Below, piece by piece: positions 8,564 to 19,536 of a stretch of 45,257 nucleotides of DNA. Numbering within the stretch: the first letter of the stretch is position 1; each line of letters opens with the position of its first letter. The translations under genes and the position numbers were made by a program. This stretch comes from Aquiluna sp. (GTDB lineage Bacteria; Actinomycetota; Actinomycetes; Actinomycetales; Microbacteriaceae), in assembly GCA_038123155.1 (NCBI GenBank), contig JAYORB010000001.1:1-45257 (forward strand), written 5' to 3'. The notes under the pieces were generated by a model. It searched no databases. It was not told where the DNA came from and was given only the letters and a program-made list of their open reading frames with translations.

Positions 8564-9649
8564 ATGCAGTTTCAGGTTTCTGTAAATGAGAATCCGCTTG
8601 CGGCAGCTGAGCGTGAGCGCATTCTCGCCAACCCCACTTTTGGCACCCATTTCACCGACCATCAGGTAGTGATCACTTGGGAAAAGGACCAGGGTTGGCA
8701 CTCGCCTCAGGTGATTCCCTACGGCCCCATCGAGATGGATCCCTCGTCGGCGGTCCTTCACTACGGCCAAGAGATTTTTGAGGGCATCAAGGCCTATCGT
8801 CACCAGGACGGGTCAATTTGGACCTTCCGTCCCGAGATGAATGCTGCAAGGTTGCAACGGTCTGCAAAGCGCATGGCGCTCCCTGAGCTGCCGGTGGAAC
8901 TATTTGTGCAGTCGATGAAGGAGCTCATTGCACTAGATGGCGACTGGGTTCCAAGTCCTGAGGGTGAGAAGACTCTCTACCTAAGGCCTTTTGAGATTGC
9001 CGCCGAGAACTTTCTCGGGGTCAGAGCTGCGCATCGGGTCGAGTATCGACTCATTGCATCTCCCGTTGGTCCCTATTTCACCGGAGGCATAAAGCCTGTC
9101 TCGATTTGGATTGCCCTCGATTCGGCCCGTGCTGGCAAGCACGGCACTGGAGAGGCTAAGACCGGCGGAAACTACGCTGCCTCGCTACTCGCCCAGCAAG
9201 AGGGAAACGACAACGGCTGCTCACAGGTTATGTTCTTGGATGCTGAAACCTCGACCTACATCGAGGAGCTGGGCGGCATGAACCTGTTCTTCGTGCACTC
9301 AGATGGCAGCGTTGTAACCCCACCTCTGGATGGCACCATTCTTCACGGCATAACGAGAGACTCAGTCATTCAGCTTTTGAAGGACGGTGGCCACGAGGTC
9401 AAGGAACAGAAGATGTCACTCGATGAGCTGCGTCAGTCCGTCTCCTCAGGCAAGATCACAGAAGTCTTTGCCTGCGGCACCGCCGCAGTGATTACCCCCG
9501 TGGGGCTCCTCAAATCACGCGAGGAGGAAATCGTGATTGGTGGAAACGAGCCAGGAGCTCTCACTGTATCTCTGAGACAGGAATTGACCGGCATTCAGTA
9601 TGGAATGGTCCCTGACCGCCATGGCTGGATGGTCAAGCTAAGTAGCTAA
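8564..9649 (+). CDS. ilvE: Branched-chain amino acid aminotransferase
   Basis: LHYGQEIFEGIK, AKTGGNYA (PLP Lys), EELGGMN, CGTAAV. Confidence 0.96.
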   Translation: MQFQVSVNENPLAAAERERILANPTFGTHFTDHQVVITWEKDQGWHSPQVIPYGPIEMDPSSAVLHYGQEIFEGIKAYRHQDGSIWTFRPEMNAARLQRSAKRMALPELPVELFVQSMKELIALDGDWVPSPEGEKTLYLRPFEIAAENFLGVRAAHRVEYRLIASPVGPYFTGGIKPVSIWIALDSARAGKHGTGEAKTGGNYAASLLAQQEGNDNGCSQVMFLDAETSTYIEELGGMNLFFVHSDGSVVTPPLDGTILHGITRDSVIQLLKDGGHEVKEQKMSLDELRQSVSSGKITEVFACGTAAVITPVGLLKSREEEIVIGGNEPGALTVSLRQELTGIQYGMVPDRHGWMVKLSS

Positions 9650-10401
9650 TGCGAATCATCAGATTCAGCCAGGGTGAATCCACCAAGTACGGAGTCCTCG
9701 ATGGCGAGATAATCAACGAGCTCGAGGGTAAGCCGTTTGAAGCTATCCGTGAGACCGGCAACACCTATGAGCTAGAAGACGTGAGCCTGCTGGCCCCTGT
9801 GGAGCCAAAAAAGATTGTTCTGGTGGGTTTGAACTTCGCATCACATGCCGCTGAGATCCATCAGCAGACCCCGAAAGAACCACTTATCTTCTTCAAGCCA
9901 ACAAGTGCGATTGTTGCCAGCGAAGAGACCATCGAGCTGCCAGTGCAGTCAGGCCAGGTAGAGATAGAAGCTGAGCTGACGGTAGTAATTGGAAAGACCG
10001 CAAAGAATGTTCCTCAGGAGCAGGTGTCTGATCACATCCTTGGCTACACCATCGCCAATGATGTGACGGCGCGGGACATACAGTTCTCCGACCTGCAGTG
10101 GGCAAGAAGCAAGGCGTTCGACACCTTTTGCCCAGTCGGCCCCTGGATAGAGACCGAATTTGACCCGAGCAATAAGCGCATTAGCTCCACCATCAATGGC
10201 GAAACCAAGCAGGATGCAAGCACCTCCGAAATGGTTTATTCGCCTGAGTATTTGGTGTCCTACATCTCCCAGAACTTCACGCTGGAGCCGGGAGATATCA
10301 TCCTGACAGGCTCTCCTGCCGGCATCTCGAAGATTGCCTCCGGCGACAGGGTCGAGTGCACAATCGAGGGAATTGGAACTCTAGTCAGCTTGGTCAAATA
10401 G
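9649..10401 (+). CDS. Fumarylacetoacetate hydrolase family protein
   Basis: [38 protein letters not shown]. Confidence 0.92.
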   Translation: MRIIRFSQGESTKYGVLDGEIINELEGKPFEAIRETGNTYELEDVSLLAPVEPKKIVLVGLNFASHAAEIHQQTPKEPLIFFKPTSAIVASEETIELPVQSGQVEIEAELTVVIGKTAKNVPQEQVSDHILGYTIANDVTARDIQFSDLQWARSKAFDTFCPVGPWIETEFDPSNKRISSTINGETKQDASTSEMVYSPEYLVSYISQNFTLEPGDIILTGSPAGISKIASGDRVECTIEGIGTLVSLVK

Positions 10402-10415
10402 GATTTCGGGTGACT

Positions 10416-11915
10416 ATGACTTCTCTAAACGCTCCCGTCACCCAGGCCCAAGGCTCAGACATCCGAGTTAGATTTTGCCCCAGCCCCACTGGCACCCCTC
10501 ACGTTGGCCTTATAAGAACTGCCCTGTTCAACTGGGCCTATGCACGCAAGACCGGTGGAACGTTTGTTTTTCGCATTGAGGACACTGACGCCGCTCGCGA
10601 TACTGAGGAGAGCTACGAGCAGCTGGTCAATGCCCTGCGCTGGCTTGGACTGGACTGGGACGAGGGAGTGGATGTTGGTGGCCCCGCTGGACCATACCGC
10701 CAGAGTGAACGCGGGCAGATCTACCTCGATGTGATTGAGAAGCTCAAGGCCTCTGGACACCTCTATGAGAGCTTCCTCACCGCAGAAGAGATTGAGGAGA
10801 GGAATAAGGCTGCCGGCAGAGCTGTGCAGCTGGGCTACGACAACTCTGAGCGCGACCTGTCTGAAGAGGATCGAGAACGTTACATAGCGGAGGGCAGGAA
10901 GCCAGCACTTCGTTTGAAGGTTCCCGCGGAAGACATCACCTTCACAGATCTAGTTCGCGGTGAGATTACTTTTCCCGCTGGTAGCTTTCCGGATTTCGTG
11001 CTTGTCAGGCCTGGGGGCCAGCCGCTCTACACACTGGTAAACCCGGTTGACGATGCCCTCATGGGCATCACCCATGTGCTTAGAGGTGAGGATTTGCTGT
11101 CCTCGACCCCGAGGCAGATTGTTCTTTACAACGCCCTTGTCGAAGCTGGCATCACAGACTTCGTTCCGCAGTTTGGTCACCTACCTTTTGTCATGGGAGA
11201 GGGCAACAAAAAGCTAAGCAAGCGCAACCCCGAGAGCAACCTGTTCCTGCATCGCGATCGCGGATTCATCCGAGAGGGTCTGCTGAACTACCTTGCGCTA
11301 TTGGGTTGGTCAATCTCTGCGGACAGGGACATCTTCACGCTTGAAGAGATGTGTGAGAACTTCGAGATTTCAGATGTCAACCCGAACCCGGCGAGGTTTG
11401 ACCAGAAGAAGGCAGATGCGATTAACGCCTCTCACATCAGGCTGCTCGATGGGAAGGATTTCCGTGAGCGCCTCATTCCCTACCTGCAATCCGCGGGTGT
11501 TATGAGCTCAACTCCGAGTGAGCGGGAGCAAGAGATACTCAACATGGCTGCACCGCTGATCCAAGAGCGAATCACTGTCTTGAGTGAAGCACCAGGAATG
11601 GTTGGATTCTTGTTCGCGAGCGAGATCAGCTTTGAAGAGGATGCTCTGAAGCAGCTTGGCGAGGATGCGGGAAGTATTGCAAAGCTTGCCCATGATACTT
11701 TGCTGGGGCTAGAGGACTTCAAAACCGATTCAATCCAGGCAGCACTCAGCGAGGCGCTGATTGAGAGGGCTGAGCTAAAGCCGAGGGTCGCGTTTGGTGC
11801 TGTTCGCACGGCTATCTCAGGCCGGAGGGTCACCCCACCGCTTTTTGAAAGCATGGAGATTCTTGGCAAGCAGGTTACGCTGGCGCGACTAGAGGCATTC
11901 TCAAAGGCCCACTAA
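10416..11915 (+). CDS. gltX: Glutamate--tRNA ligase (start ATG 10416 or GTG 10410)
   Basis: [12 protein letters not shown] (HIGH), RIEDTD, RGEDL, KLSKR (KMSKS). Confidence 0.97.
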   Translation: MTSLNAPVTQAQGSDIRVRFCPSPTGTPHVGLIRTALFNWAYARKTGGTFVFRIEDTDAARDTEESYEQLVNALRWLGLDWDEGVDVGGPAGPYRQSERGQIYLDVIEKLKASGHLYESFLTAEEIEERNKAAGRAVQLGYDNSERDLSEEDRERYIAEGRKPALRLKVPAEDITFTDLVRGEITFPAGSFPDFVLVRPGGQPLYTLVNPVDDALMGITHVLRGEDLLSSTPRQIVLYNALVEAGITDFVPQFGHLPFVMGEGNKKLSKRNPESNLFLHRDRGFIREGLLNYLALLGWSISADRDIFTLEEMCENFEISDVNPNPARFDQKKADAINASHIRLLDGKDFRERLIPYLQSAGVMSSTPSEREQEILNMAAPLIQERITVLSEAPGMVGFLFASEISFEEDALKQLGEDAGSIAKLAHDTLLGLEDFKTDSIQAALSEALIERAELKPRVAFGAVRTAISGRRVTPPLFESMEILGKQVTLARLEAFSKAH

Positions 11916-11933
11916 GATAGAGGCTTGCGCCCT

Positions 11934-12005
11934 TGGGGTATGGTGTAATTGGCAACACGGAGGTTTCTGGTACCTTTGTTCTTGGTTCGAGTCCAGGTAC
12001 CCCAG
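11934..12005 (+). tRNA. tRNA-Gln(CTG), CCA not encoded
   Basis: Acceptor TGGGGTA/TACCCCA, anticodon arm GAGGT-TTCTGGT-ACCTT, T-arm GGTTCGAGTCC. Confidence 0.96.
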
Positions 12006-12027
12006 CAAGTAGATTCGGAAGCCTGAA

Positions 12028-12411
12028 ATGCTTGATTCTTTCGCTTCAGGTTTTCTAGTTTTTGCTTATTTCGCAACAGCTCTCTTTCAAATAGCGATCG
12101 TTTTTGGCGCGCCCCTTGGAGAGTATGCGTACGGGGGTCGCAACCCAGGTGTCCTAAGCACTCCATTTCGCATTGCAAGTGCCTTCTCGGCCCTGGTGAT
12201 GTTCGCGATCGCCGGCCACTACCTAGCTCAGCTAGGAGTTTTCACCCCGCTGCTTGATGAAGCTGGGAACTCAGTCGCCAACTGGGGATTCGCCGTGTTC
12301 GCGGGGCTAAGCGCGATTGCGAACAACATAACTAGAAGCGAGAAAGAAAAAAGGCTTTGGGGCGGAACAACGATTGCCATGCTCCTAGCCGCGGTTATTG
12401 TTGCGGTTTAG
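12028..12411 (+). CDS. Small integral membrane protein (about 4 TM), unknown function
   Basis: Four hydrophobic segments; FQIAIVFGAPLGEYAYGG motif; fills the gap with a 4-nt stop overlap. Confidence 0.75.
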   Translation: MLDSFASGFLVFAYFATALFQIAIVFGAPLGEYAYGGRNPGVLSTPFRIASAFSALVMFAIAGHYLAQLGVFTPLLDEAGNSVANWGFAVFAGLSAIANNITRSEKEKRLWGGTTIAMLLAAVIVAV

Positions 12412-13043
12412 ATTTCCCAGCTCTCACCGGCCTTTAGGAATCTAAATTCTCCGCCGTATTGCTCTGTTAGCTCCATGATTCTCGAGTTTTGAAGCTTGTG
12501 GCCATGCTCAGAAAGCAGCGCGTTGTGAGTGGGGAAGCATCTCTTTGGCTTTATTTCGACCAGGAAGTCCATCACGTCCGCAATCTTGAGCCAGGGTGCG
12601 CTTGATGGACAGGCCAGAGTTTGCACCTCCACCTCGGGGATTGTGTAGCTGTCACCCGGGTAGTAGAGCTCGCTATTCACCATTAGCCCAAAGTTCTGCA
12701 CCAAGGGTATGGAGCGGTGGATCTCTTGGTGAAAGTAGCCGTAAAAATCCAGCGTGAATCCATCAACCACGTGCCTGTCACCGTGGTAAACCCTTGTGAC
12801 ATTTAGGCCATTGAGTTTCTCAGCAACTTCTTCGGTGCCAAAGATTTGGAGATCTGGATTCTGCTTCAGCAAAGCCTCGACGTGTGGCCCATAGCTGTGG
12901 TCGTCGTGAACATGAGAGAGAGTGATAGCCACGGGGTTTGAAACCTGGGGTGGGGTTTCGGAATACATGCCCGGGTCAACTACCAGCTGTTTGCCTGCAA
13001 CCTCTAAAACCAGGCAGGCGTGCTCAAGCTTTGTAATCCTCAT
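12408..13043 (-). CDS. MBL-fold metallo-hydrolase
   Basis: HACL..DPG, HVHDDH (HxHxDH), YPGDS, PTH; GGAGG RBS. Confidence 0.9.
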   Translation of the reverse strand: MRITKLEHACLVLEVAGKQLVVDPGMYSETPPQVSNPVAITLSHVHDDHSYGPHVEALLKQNPDLQIFGTEEVAEKLNGLNVTRVYHGDRHVVDGFTLDFYGYFHQEIHRSIPLVQNFGLMVNSELYYPGDSYTIPEVEVQTLACPSSAPWLKIADVMDFLVEIKPKRCFPTHNALLSEHGHKLQNSRIMELTEQYGGEFRFLKAGESWEI

Positions 13044-13091
13044 GGCGAACCTCCGGCAATCAGTCTATGTTTGAGGCAACAGGAGGTGGCA

Positions 13092-13979
13092 ATGAAGCCA
13101 CTAGGAGTCATTATCAATCCGGCCGCCAACCGCGGGCGAGGGAACAGTGTCGGTGAGAAGGCGCTAGCTGCCTTTCAGCAAGCAGGTATTCAAACAATTA
13201 ACCTCAGCGGAGTAAGTCAGGACGATGTTCGCGAAAAAGTTAGGCAAAAAGCGGGCGAACTTTCCGGACTAGTCGCAATCGGTGGCGACGGAACCTCGCA
13301 GCTTGGGGTAAATCTGGCGATGGAACATTCGTTACCGCTGGGCTTGGTCCCTGCCGGCAGCGGTAATGATCAGGTTCGAGAGCTTGCAATTTCTCTTACC
13401 GACACCGAGGCTGCAGTGGCAAACATCGTTGGTGCAATTGAGTGCCCACGGGCAGTTGATGTGATGTGGGTAGAGACCGACTACAGGCAGTTCTGGTCGC
13501 TGGGCTCTATCTCTGCCGGGTTCGATGCTCTTTGTGCCGAACGGGCCAATCGTTTGGTTTGGCCTAAGGGACCCAACTCCTATGTTGCAGCTTTGTTTTT
13601 GGAGCTTCCCAGGTTCAAACCAATCAAATATCGGGTAGTGGCGGATGGAGAAACCAGAGAGTTCAAGGCGATGCTTTGCGGGGTTGCGAACGTAAAGAAT
13701 TTCGGTGGTGGCATGCAAATCTCTCCAAGATCTGAGATCACCGATGGCCAGGTAGAGGTCTTCATACTGCACGAGGTATCTAGAAGAAAGCTCCTTGAGA
13801 TCTTCCCCAAGGTCTACAAAGGCGAGCACGTTAGGTATGCAGAGGTAGAGATTTTCAAGGCAGCTAAGGTCCGAATTGAGAATGCGGGTTTCCCGATGAC
13901 CTGTGACGGAGAAATAATCGGGCCCGCCCCATTCTCAGTTGAGATAAGACCAGGTGGTCTCTCGCTTCTGAGCCGTTAG
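13092..13979 (+). CDS. Diacylglycerol/lipid kinase family (YegS/BmrU-like); start reassigned to ATG 13092
   Basis: INPAANRG, GGDGT, PAGSGND, FGGG; AGGAGG RBS before 13092. Confidence 0.9.
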   Translation: MKPLGVIINPAANRGRGNSVGEKALAAFQQAGIQTINLSGVSQDDVREKVRQKAGELSGLVAIGGDGTSQLGVNLAMEHSLPLGLVPAGSGNDQVRELAISLTDTEAAVANIVGAIECPRAVDVMWVETDYRQFWSLGSISAGFDALCAERANRLVWPKGPNSYVAALFLELPRFKPIKYRVVADGETREFKAMLCGVANVKNFGGGMQISPRSEITDGQVEVFILHEVSRRKLLEIFPKVYKGEHVRYAEVEIFKAAKVRIENAGFPMTCDGEIIGPAPFSVEIRPGGLSLLSR

Positions 13980-14026
13980 ATTGCCCATCGGGCTGGTTTG
14001 TGGCATGATTTCTAGGTTGCAACTAG

Positions 14027-14099
14027 GGCCCCATCGTTTAGCGGCCTAGGACGCTGCCCTCTCACGGCAGTAGCGCGGGTTCAAATCCCGCTGGGGTCA
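14027..14099 (+). tRNA. tRNA-Glu(CTC), CCA not encoded
   Basis: Acceptor GGCCCCA/TGGGGTC, anticodon arm CTGCC-CTCTCAC-GGCAG, GGTTCAAATCC. Confidence 0.96.
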
Positions 14100-14100
14100 C

Positions 14101-14144
14101 AAATCTCACTCTTGATGACAAAATCTCGGGAGTGAGATTTCTTT
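14101..14144. terminator. Probable bidirectional terminator between tRNA-Glu and the MFS gene
   Basis: AAATCTCACTC...GAGTGAGATTT 11-bp inverted repeat (extendable with G-U pairs) between convergent genes. Confidence 0.7.
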
Positions 14145-15381
14145 ATGTACGCCATCTTCTTAAGTAGGCGGTTGCGACCACTATCAACACCACGGGCAGT
14201 AGCGCCGCCGCGTTCAGGCCGCCAAAGGTGTAGAGGGTGAGGATCGTCCCCGACACTGCCCCACCAAAAGCCCCGCTGAGGCTCATCAGAGAATCGCTGA
14301 AGCCTTGAACCACCGGCTTCTGATCTACTTCCAACACCTCTGACAGCAGTGCGCTTGCCGCGACGGTCGCGGCCGACCAGCCAAGGCCAAGCAAGAAGAG
14401 TCCGATTACAACGAGCGTGAAGTTAAACTGCCCAAAGCCAGAGATGGCCAGTGAACACAGGAGCACAAACTGCCCCAGAAGAATGGTCTGCTTGGCACCA
14501 ATGCGATCGCTGAGAATTCCAAATACTGGCGCAAACGCATACATACCGGCAACGTGCAAAGAAATGGTGAAGCCGACTTCTGCGAGTGAATGGCCCTCTC
14601 CTGATAGGTGGGCAGGGGTCATGCTCATCACGGAGACCATAACCATGTGACTCAGTGCGATAGTTAGGACGGTGAAGGCAGCGAGGGGATTTCGTCTGAT
14701 AATTCCGATGGCCTCACTGCTTTTTCGCTGCGGTAGACCCTGCTCAATTCCAGCAACCTGCTGGGCCACTAGGAGAGGATCAGGGCGCAACCCAAACCAG
14801 AACACCAGGGTCGAAGTGGTCTGCGCAAAGATTGTCAGGAGGAAGGGCCCTGCTAGATGTGGCAGCCCGATGGCGAGACCCATCGCCTCACCCGGGGCAA
14901 TTAGATTGGGCCCAACTACCGCTCCAAGAGTTGTCGCCCACACCACAATCGAGAGATCTTTGCCTTTGGGCCTGCTCGTGGGTATGTCGGCGGCTGCAAA
15001 CCGCGCCTGAAGCCCCACTGCCGTTGCGGAACCTAGGAAGAAGAGTGCCACCAGCTCAACAGGAAAAGAGCGCAGGGCCGCGGCCAGCATCATCCCTGCG
15101 GCGCCGAGGATTGCAAGAAACGCACCTAGGGCCAGAGCTGGCCTGCGTCCCTTTCGAGCTGCGAGCCTTGCAAGGGGTATAGAGAGAAATGCGGCGCCGA
15201 GAGTGCTAAGGGTTGCAGCGGCTCCGCTCCATGCCGGTGTTCCGCTTAGCTCCGTGGCCATAATCGCGCCCACGGAGAGCGTGGCTCCGAAGCCAAAGCC
15301 CCCGAGAGCCTGGCCCAGTGCCAGGACTTTTACGGCCCTCGCCTGAATTTGGTTCAGGTCATGGCCAAGCTTCTGTTGCAC
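14143..15381 (-). CDS. MFS transporter
   Basis: About 12 TM segments; motif A-like RLAARKGRR and ILSDRIGAK. Confidence 0.9.
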   Translation of the reverse strand: MQQKLGHDLNQIQARAVKVLALGQALGGFGFGATLSVGAIMATELSGTPAWSGAAATLSTLGAAFLSIPLARLAARKGRRPALALGAFLAILGAAGMMLAAALRSFPVELVALFFLGSATAVGLQARFAAADIPTSRPKGKDLSIVVWATTLGAVVGPNLIAPGEAMGLAIGLPHLAGPFLLTIFAQTTSTLVFWFGLRPDPLLVAQQVAGIEQGLPQRKSSEAIGIIRRNPLAAFTVLTIALSHMVMVSVMSMTPAHLSGEGHSLAEVGFTISLHVAGMYAFAPVFGILSDRIGAKQTILLGQFVLLCSLAISGFGQFNFTLVVIGLFLLGLGWSAATVAASALLSEVLEVDQKPVVQGFSDSLMSLSGAFGGAVSGTILTLYTFGGLNAAALLPVVLIVVATAYLRRWRT

Positions 15382-15437
15382 CCCACCAATCTACTCCTTC
15401 GGCTAAACTTGCATGCCGGCGCACCTGCGAGGAGATC

Positions 15438-16853
15438 ATGTCTCAAAAACCCCTAACCCTGGCTGAAAAGCTGTGGCGCGACCACCTTGTGGTCAAGGGC
15501 GAAAACGGCGCGCCAGATCTTCTCTACATCGACCTTCACCTGATTCACGAGGTCACCTCTCCACAGGCTTTTGACGGCCTCCGGCTCGCCGGTCGTGACA
15601 TCAGGCGTAAGGACCTGACAATTGCGACCGAGGACCACAACACCCCAACCGCCGACATTCACCTCCCAATTGCGGAGCCCACCTCGAGAGCCCAGGTTCA
15701 AGCACTCAGGGACAACACCGCGGAGTATGGGGTGAGGATTCACTCTCTTGGAGATAAGAACCAGGGAATCGTTCACGTTGTTGGCCCGCAGCTTGGATTG
15801 ACAATGCCGGGACTCACCATTGTCTGTGGTGACTCCCACACCTCAACGCATGGAGCATTTGGCTCGCTAGCGATGGGAATCGGCACAAGTGAGGTCGAGC
15901 ACGTCCTTGCAACTCAGACTCTTCCGCTCAAGCCGTTCAAAACAATGGCCATCAATGTTGAGGGAACTCTGAGACCAGGGGTTTCCGCCAAGGACATCAT
16001 TCTGGCCGTGATTGCAAAGATCACCACTGGTGGTGGTCAGGGTTACGTCCTCGAATATCGAGGCAGCGCAATCAGGTCGCTCTCCATGGAGGGCAGGATG
16101 ACCATTTGCAACATGTCCATTGAGGCAGGTGCAAGGGCCGGAATGGTTGCTCCTGATGAGGTCACCTTTGAATACCTAAAGGGTCGCCCACACGCGCCAG
16201 AGGGTGCAGAGTGGGATGCCGCGATGGAGTACTGGAAGACCCTGAAGACAGATGAAGATGCGGTCTTCGATGCCGAGGTCTTCATCGACGCTGACAAGCT
16301 GGACCCATTTGTTACTTGGGGAACAAACCCCGGCCAGGGAGTCTCCCTACTCGACAGCGTTCCAGACCCCGCTAGCTATGAAGACCCCTCACTTCGGGCC
16401 GCTGCGGAGCGCGCACTTGAATACATGGACCTTGAGCCCGGTACGAAGATGAAGGACATCGCTGTCAACACGGTGTTCCTAGGCTCCTGCACCAACGCTC
16501 GCATTGAAGATTTGCGAGCTGCGGCCGAAATCATCAAGGGCAAGACGAAAGCCGAGGGTATTCGCATGATGGTGGTGCCTGGTTCTCAGAAGGTCAGGCT
16601 CCAGGCCGAGGAAGAGGGTTTGGACAAGGTTTTCAAGGACTTTGGAGCCGAGTGGCGGTTTGCAGGCTGCTCGATGTGCCTAGGCATGAACCCAGACCAA
16701 CTGGGTCCCGGAGAGCGTGCCGCATCCACCTCGAACCGAAACTTCGAGGGAAGGCAAGGCAAGGGAGCTAGGACTCACCTGGTCTCACCGGTTGTGGCAG
16801 CTGCGACCGCAATTCGCGGAACCCTCTCAAGCCCGGCGGACTTGGAGGGGTAA
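15438..16853 (+). CDS. leuC: 3-isopropylmalate dehydratase large subunit; start reassigned to ATG 15438
   Basis: [39 protein letters not shown]; GAGGAG RBS. Confidence 0.97.
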   Translation: MSQKPLTLAEKLWRDHLVVKGENGAPDLLYIDLHLIHEVTSPQAFDGLRLAGRDIRRKDLTIATEDHNTPTADIHLPIAEPTSRAQVQALRDNTAEYGVRIHSLGDKNQGIVHVVGPQLGLTMPGLTIVCGDSHTSTHGAFGSLAMGIGTSEVEHVLATQTLPLKPFKTMAINVEGTLRPGVSAKDIILAVIAKITTGGGQGYVLEYRGSAIRSLSMEGRMTICNMSIEAGARAGMVAPDEVTFEYLKGRPHAPEGAEWDAAMEYWKTLKTDEDAVFDAEVFIDADKLDPFVTWGTNPGQGVSLLDSVPDPASYEDPSLRAAAERALEYMDLEPGTKMKDIAVNTVFLGSCTNARIEDLRAAAEIIKGKTKAEGIRMMVVPGSQKVRLQAEEEGLDKVFKDFGAEWRFAGCSMCLGMNPDQLGPGERAASTSNRNFEGRQGKGARTHLVSPVVAAATAIRGTLSSPADLEG

Positions 16854-17455
16854 TGGAGCGTATTTCAGTCTTCACGGGTATTGCGGCTCCCCTCAAGCGC
16901 AGCAATGTTGACACGGACCAGATCATCCCCGCGGTCTATCTAAAGCGCATCACCAAGACCGGGTATGAAGACGGGCTATTTGCAAACTGGCGCCAGGACC
17001 CCGATTTTGTCCTAAACAATGCACCTTTCGACAAAGCTGAGGTCCTAATTGCGGGAAGCGATTTTGGTACTGGCTCGTCTCGCGAGCACGCAGTTTGGGC
17101 TCTGAGGGACTTTGGATTCAAGGCTGTTTTCAGCTCCAAGTTCGCAGACATCTTCCATGGCAATGCTGGAAAGCAGGGCTTGGTTGCAGGAGTAATTTCT
17201 GAGGAAGCGACAAATCAGATATGGGAGGCCATTGACGCAAACCCAGGTCTCGAGGTGAAGGTGGACCTTCCCGCCCAGCAGCTGAGCTACGGGGACACGG
17301 TAGTGCCATTTGAGATAGACGAATACACTAAGTGGCGTCTCATGGAGGGGCTTGATGACATTGGCATCACGCTCCAGAACGAGCAGGCCATTGCCGACTA
17401 TGAGGCCAGAAGAGAGTCTTGGAAACCCAAGACCCTCCCTGCCAAAGGAGTCTGA
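16853..17455 (+). CDS. leuD: 3-isopropylmalate dehydratase small subunit
   Basis: [28 protein letters not shown]. Confidence 0.97.
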   Translation: MERISVFTGIAAPLKRSNVDTDQIIPAVYLKRITKTGYEDGLFANWRQDPDFVLNNAPFDKAEVLIAGSDFGTGSSREHAVWALRDFGFKAVFSSKFADIFHGNAGKQGLVAGVISEEATNQIWEAIDANPGLEVKVDLPAQQLSYGDTVVPFEIDEYTKWRLMEGLDDIGITLQNEQAIADYEARRESWKPKTLPAKGV

Positions 17456-18772
17456 TTGTCTCAGATCACCATCAATGGTGGAAAGCCGCTAACCGGTCGC
17501 GTTGATCTAAAAGGTTCAAAGAATCTAGTCACCAAGGCCATGGTTGCCGCGCTCCTGGGAGATACTCCTTCGACCCTGCTGGATGTGCCATTCATCTCCG
17601 ATGTTGAGGTCGTTTCGCGGCTACTGAACTTGCACGGCGTTGCCATCAATCACGATGAGCGCACCGGAGACATGATTCTTGACCCCTCCAGGGTTGAGCA
17701 GGCTCGGATGACCGACATCGATGCCTATGCGGGATCTTCAAGAATCCCAATACTTTTCTGTGGTCCTCTGCTACATCGACTTGGCGAGGCATTTATCCCG
17801 GGTCTGGGTGGGTGCGAGATTGGCTCAAGACCGGTTGATTTTCACTTTGATGTTCTAAGAAGTTTTGGAGCAGTAATAGAGAAGCACCCGGGCGGAACCA
17901 GACTCAGTGCTCCCGAGGGGCTCAAGGGAACCAAGATTGAGCTTCCCTACCCATCTGTAGGTGCAACTGAGCAGGTTCTGCTAACCGCAACGATTTCCGA
18001 GGGCAAGACAGAGCTCACTGGGGCAGCAATCGAGCCCGAAATCATAGATCTGATCTCAATCCTGCAAAAAATGGGCGCAATTATCTCGGTTGACACTGAC
18101 CGAGTGATTCGAATCGAAGGAGTGAAGTCCCTAAAAGGTTTTACCCACAGGGCAATCTTTGACCGAAATGAGGCTGCCAGCTGGGCGGCCGCAGCGCTTG
18201 CAACCGGCGGCGACATCTATGTCGGTGGCGCAAAGCAGGTCGAGATGATGACCTTCCTAAACGTCTACCGCAAGGTTGGTGGTCAGCTTGAGATCGGCGA
18301 TGACGGCATACGTTTCTACCATCCGGGTACTGAGCTACAGCCCGTTGTCATTGAAACTGATGTTCACCCAGGGTTTATGACCGACTGGCAGCAACCTCTG
18401 GTTGTTGCCCTTACTCAGGCTCAAGGACTCTCGATTGTCCACGAAACCGTCTATGAGCAGCGCTTCGGGTTCACCGACGCCCTCAAGCAGATGGGTGCAA
18501 ACATTCAGATTTACAGGGAGTGTCTGGGTGGCCACCCTTGCCGCTTTGGTCAGCGAAACTTCAATCACTCAGCAGTAGTCTCCGGGCCCACCAAGCTACT
18601 CGGGGCCGACATCAGGGTCCCAGACCTGCGCGGTGGCTTCTCGCACGTCGTTGCTGCACTTGCCGCCGAGGGTGAGTCAAATGTCTCGAATGTGCAGCTA
18701 ATCTCAAGAGGTTATGAGCGCTTTCTGCAAAAGCTTGAGGACCTTGGGGCCGATTTCACTTTCGAGGCCTAG
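17456..18772 (+). CDS. murA: UDP-N-acetylglucosamine 1-carboxyvinyltransferase; TTG start
   Basis: GSKN, GGCEIGSRP (Cys loop), SVGATE, PGFMTD, PDLRGG, RGYE. Confidence 0.95.
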   Translation: MSQITINGGKPLTGRVDLKGSKNLVTKAMVAALLGDTPSTLLDVPFISDVEVVSRLLNLHGVAINHDERTGDMILDPSRVEQARMTDIDAYAGSSRIPILFCGPLLHRLGEAFIPGLGGCEIGSRPVDFHFDVLRSFGAVIEKHPGGTRLSAPEGLKGTKIELPYPSVGATEQVLLTATISEGKTELTGAAIEPEIIDLISILQKMGAIISVDTDRVIRIEGVKSLKGFTHRAIFDRNEAASWAAAALATGGDIYVGGAKQVEMMTFLNVYRKVGGQLEIGDDGIRFYHPGTELQPVVIETDVHPGFMTDWQQPLVVALTQAQGLSIVHETVYEQRFGFTDALKQMGANIQIYRECLGGHPCRFGQRNFNHSAVVSGPTKLLGADIRVPDLRGGFSHVVAALAAEGESNVSNVQLISRGYERFLQKLEDLGADFTFEA

Positions 18773-18774
18773 TC

Positions 18775-19536
18775 ATGGCTAAGCCCCCTATCCCAAATGC
18801 TCCAAAAACCGAAAACACATTTGCCTTTCGGCTAATCGCTTTCTTTCTGGCCCCGCTACTTAGGTTGTTTTTCAACATAAAGACCGAGGGTCAAGAGAAC
18901 CTCCCAAGTGGCGGTTACGTTCTCGTTGGCAACCACCTGAGCTATCTAGATCCCCTTGCTTTCGCCTATTCGGTGTACATCCACATGAAGCGGGTTCCGC
19001 ACTACCTTGCCAAGGAGTCTCTGTTTAGAGTTCCAGTGCTAAAACAGGTGCTACCAAAGGTTGGGCAAATTCCCGTCTATCGCACGGGCAACTCCAACGA
19101 AGATGCGCTACGAGCAGCAAAAGCCTTCCTGAGAGCTGGACAGGTGGTCGTGGTGTTCCCAGAGGGAACCCTCACACGCGACCCCGAGCTTTGGCCAATG
19201 CGTGGTAAGCATGGTGCTGTTCGAATGGCGGCGGAGCTCGGGCTGCCTATTGTTCCCGCTGCCCATTGGGGCGTGCACAAGGTGATGGGGAACTACGACA
19301 AGAAGATCCGCCCAAACCCTTTCCACACCGTCCACGTCAAGATCGGAAAACCACTCGACTTCTCCTCATTGGGAGCAGCACCAGCTGCCAAAGATCTAAA
19401 CGCTGCCACAGAGCAGGTGATGAATGCCATCGCAGACCTGGTTGGGCAGCTAAGGGGAGAAGAGCCTCCCAAGAAGCGGTGGGATCCAACCGCGCACTCA
19501 CAAGACGAGACCGGGAACTTCAGGAAGCGTAAATGA
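18775..19536 (+). CDS. plsC: Lysophospholipid acyltransferase (PlsC family)
   Basis: NHLSYLD, FPEGT. Confidence 0.88.
   Translation: MAKPPIPNAPKTENTFAFRLIAFFLAPLLRLFFNIKTEGQENLPSGGYVLVGNHLSYLDPLAFAYSVYIHMKRVPHYLAKESLFRVPVLKQVLPKVGQIPVYRTGNSNEDALRAAKAFLRAGQVVVVFPEGTLTRDPELWPMRGKHGAVRMAAELGLPIVPAAHWGVHKVMGNYDKKIRPNPFHTVHVKIGKPLDFSSLGAAPAAKDLNAATEQVMNAIADLVGQLRGEEPPKKRWDPTAHSQDETGNFRKRK

Noticed and set aside
11934-14099. Integrative element between tRNA-Gln and tRNA-Glu
   Set aside because: No integrase and no duplicated tRNA 3' end seen; the intervening genes look like ordinary chromosomal genes.
17456-18772. Fosfomycin-resistant MurA variant
   Set aside because: The active-site loop has Cys (GGCEIGSR), not the Asp found in mycobacterial MurA.
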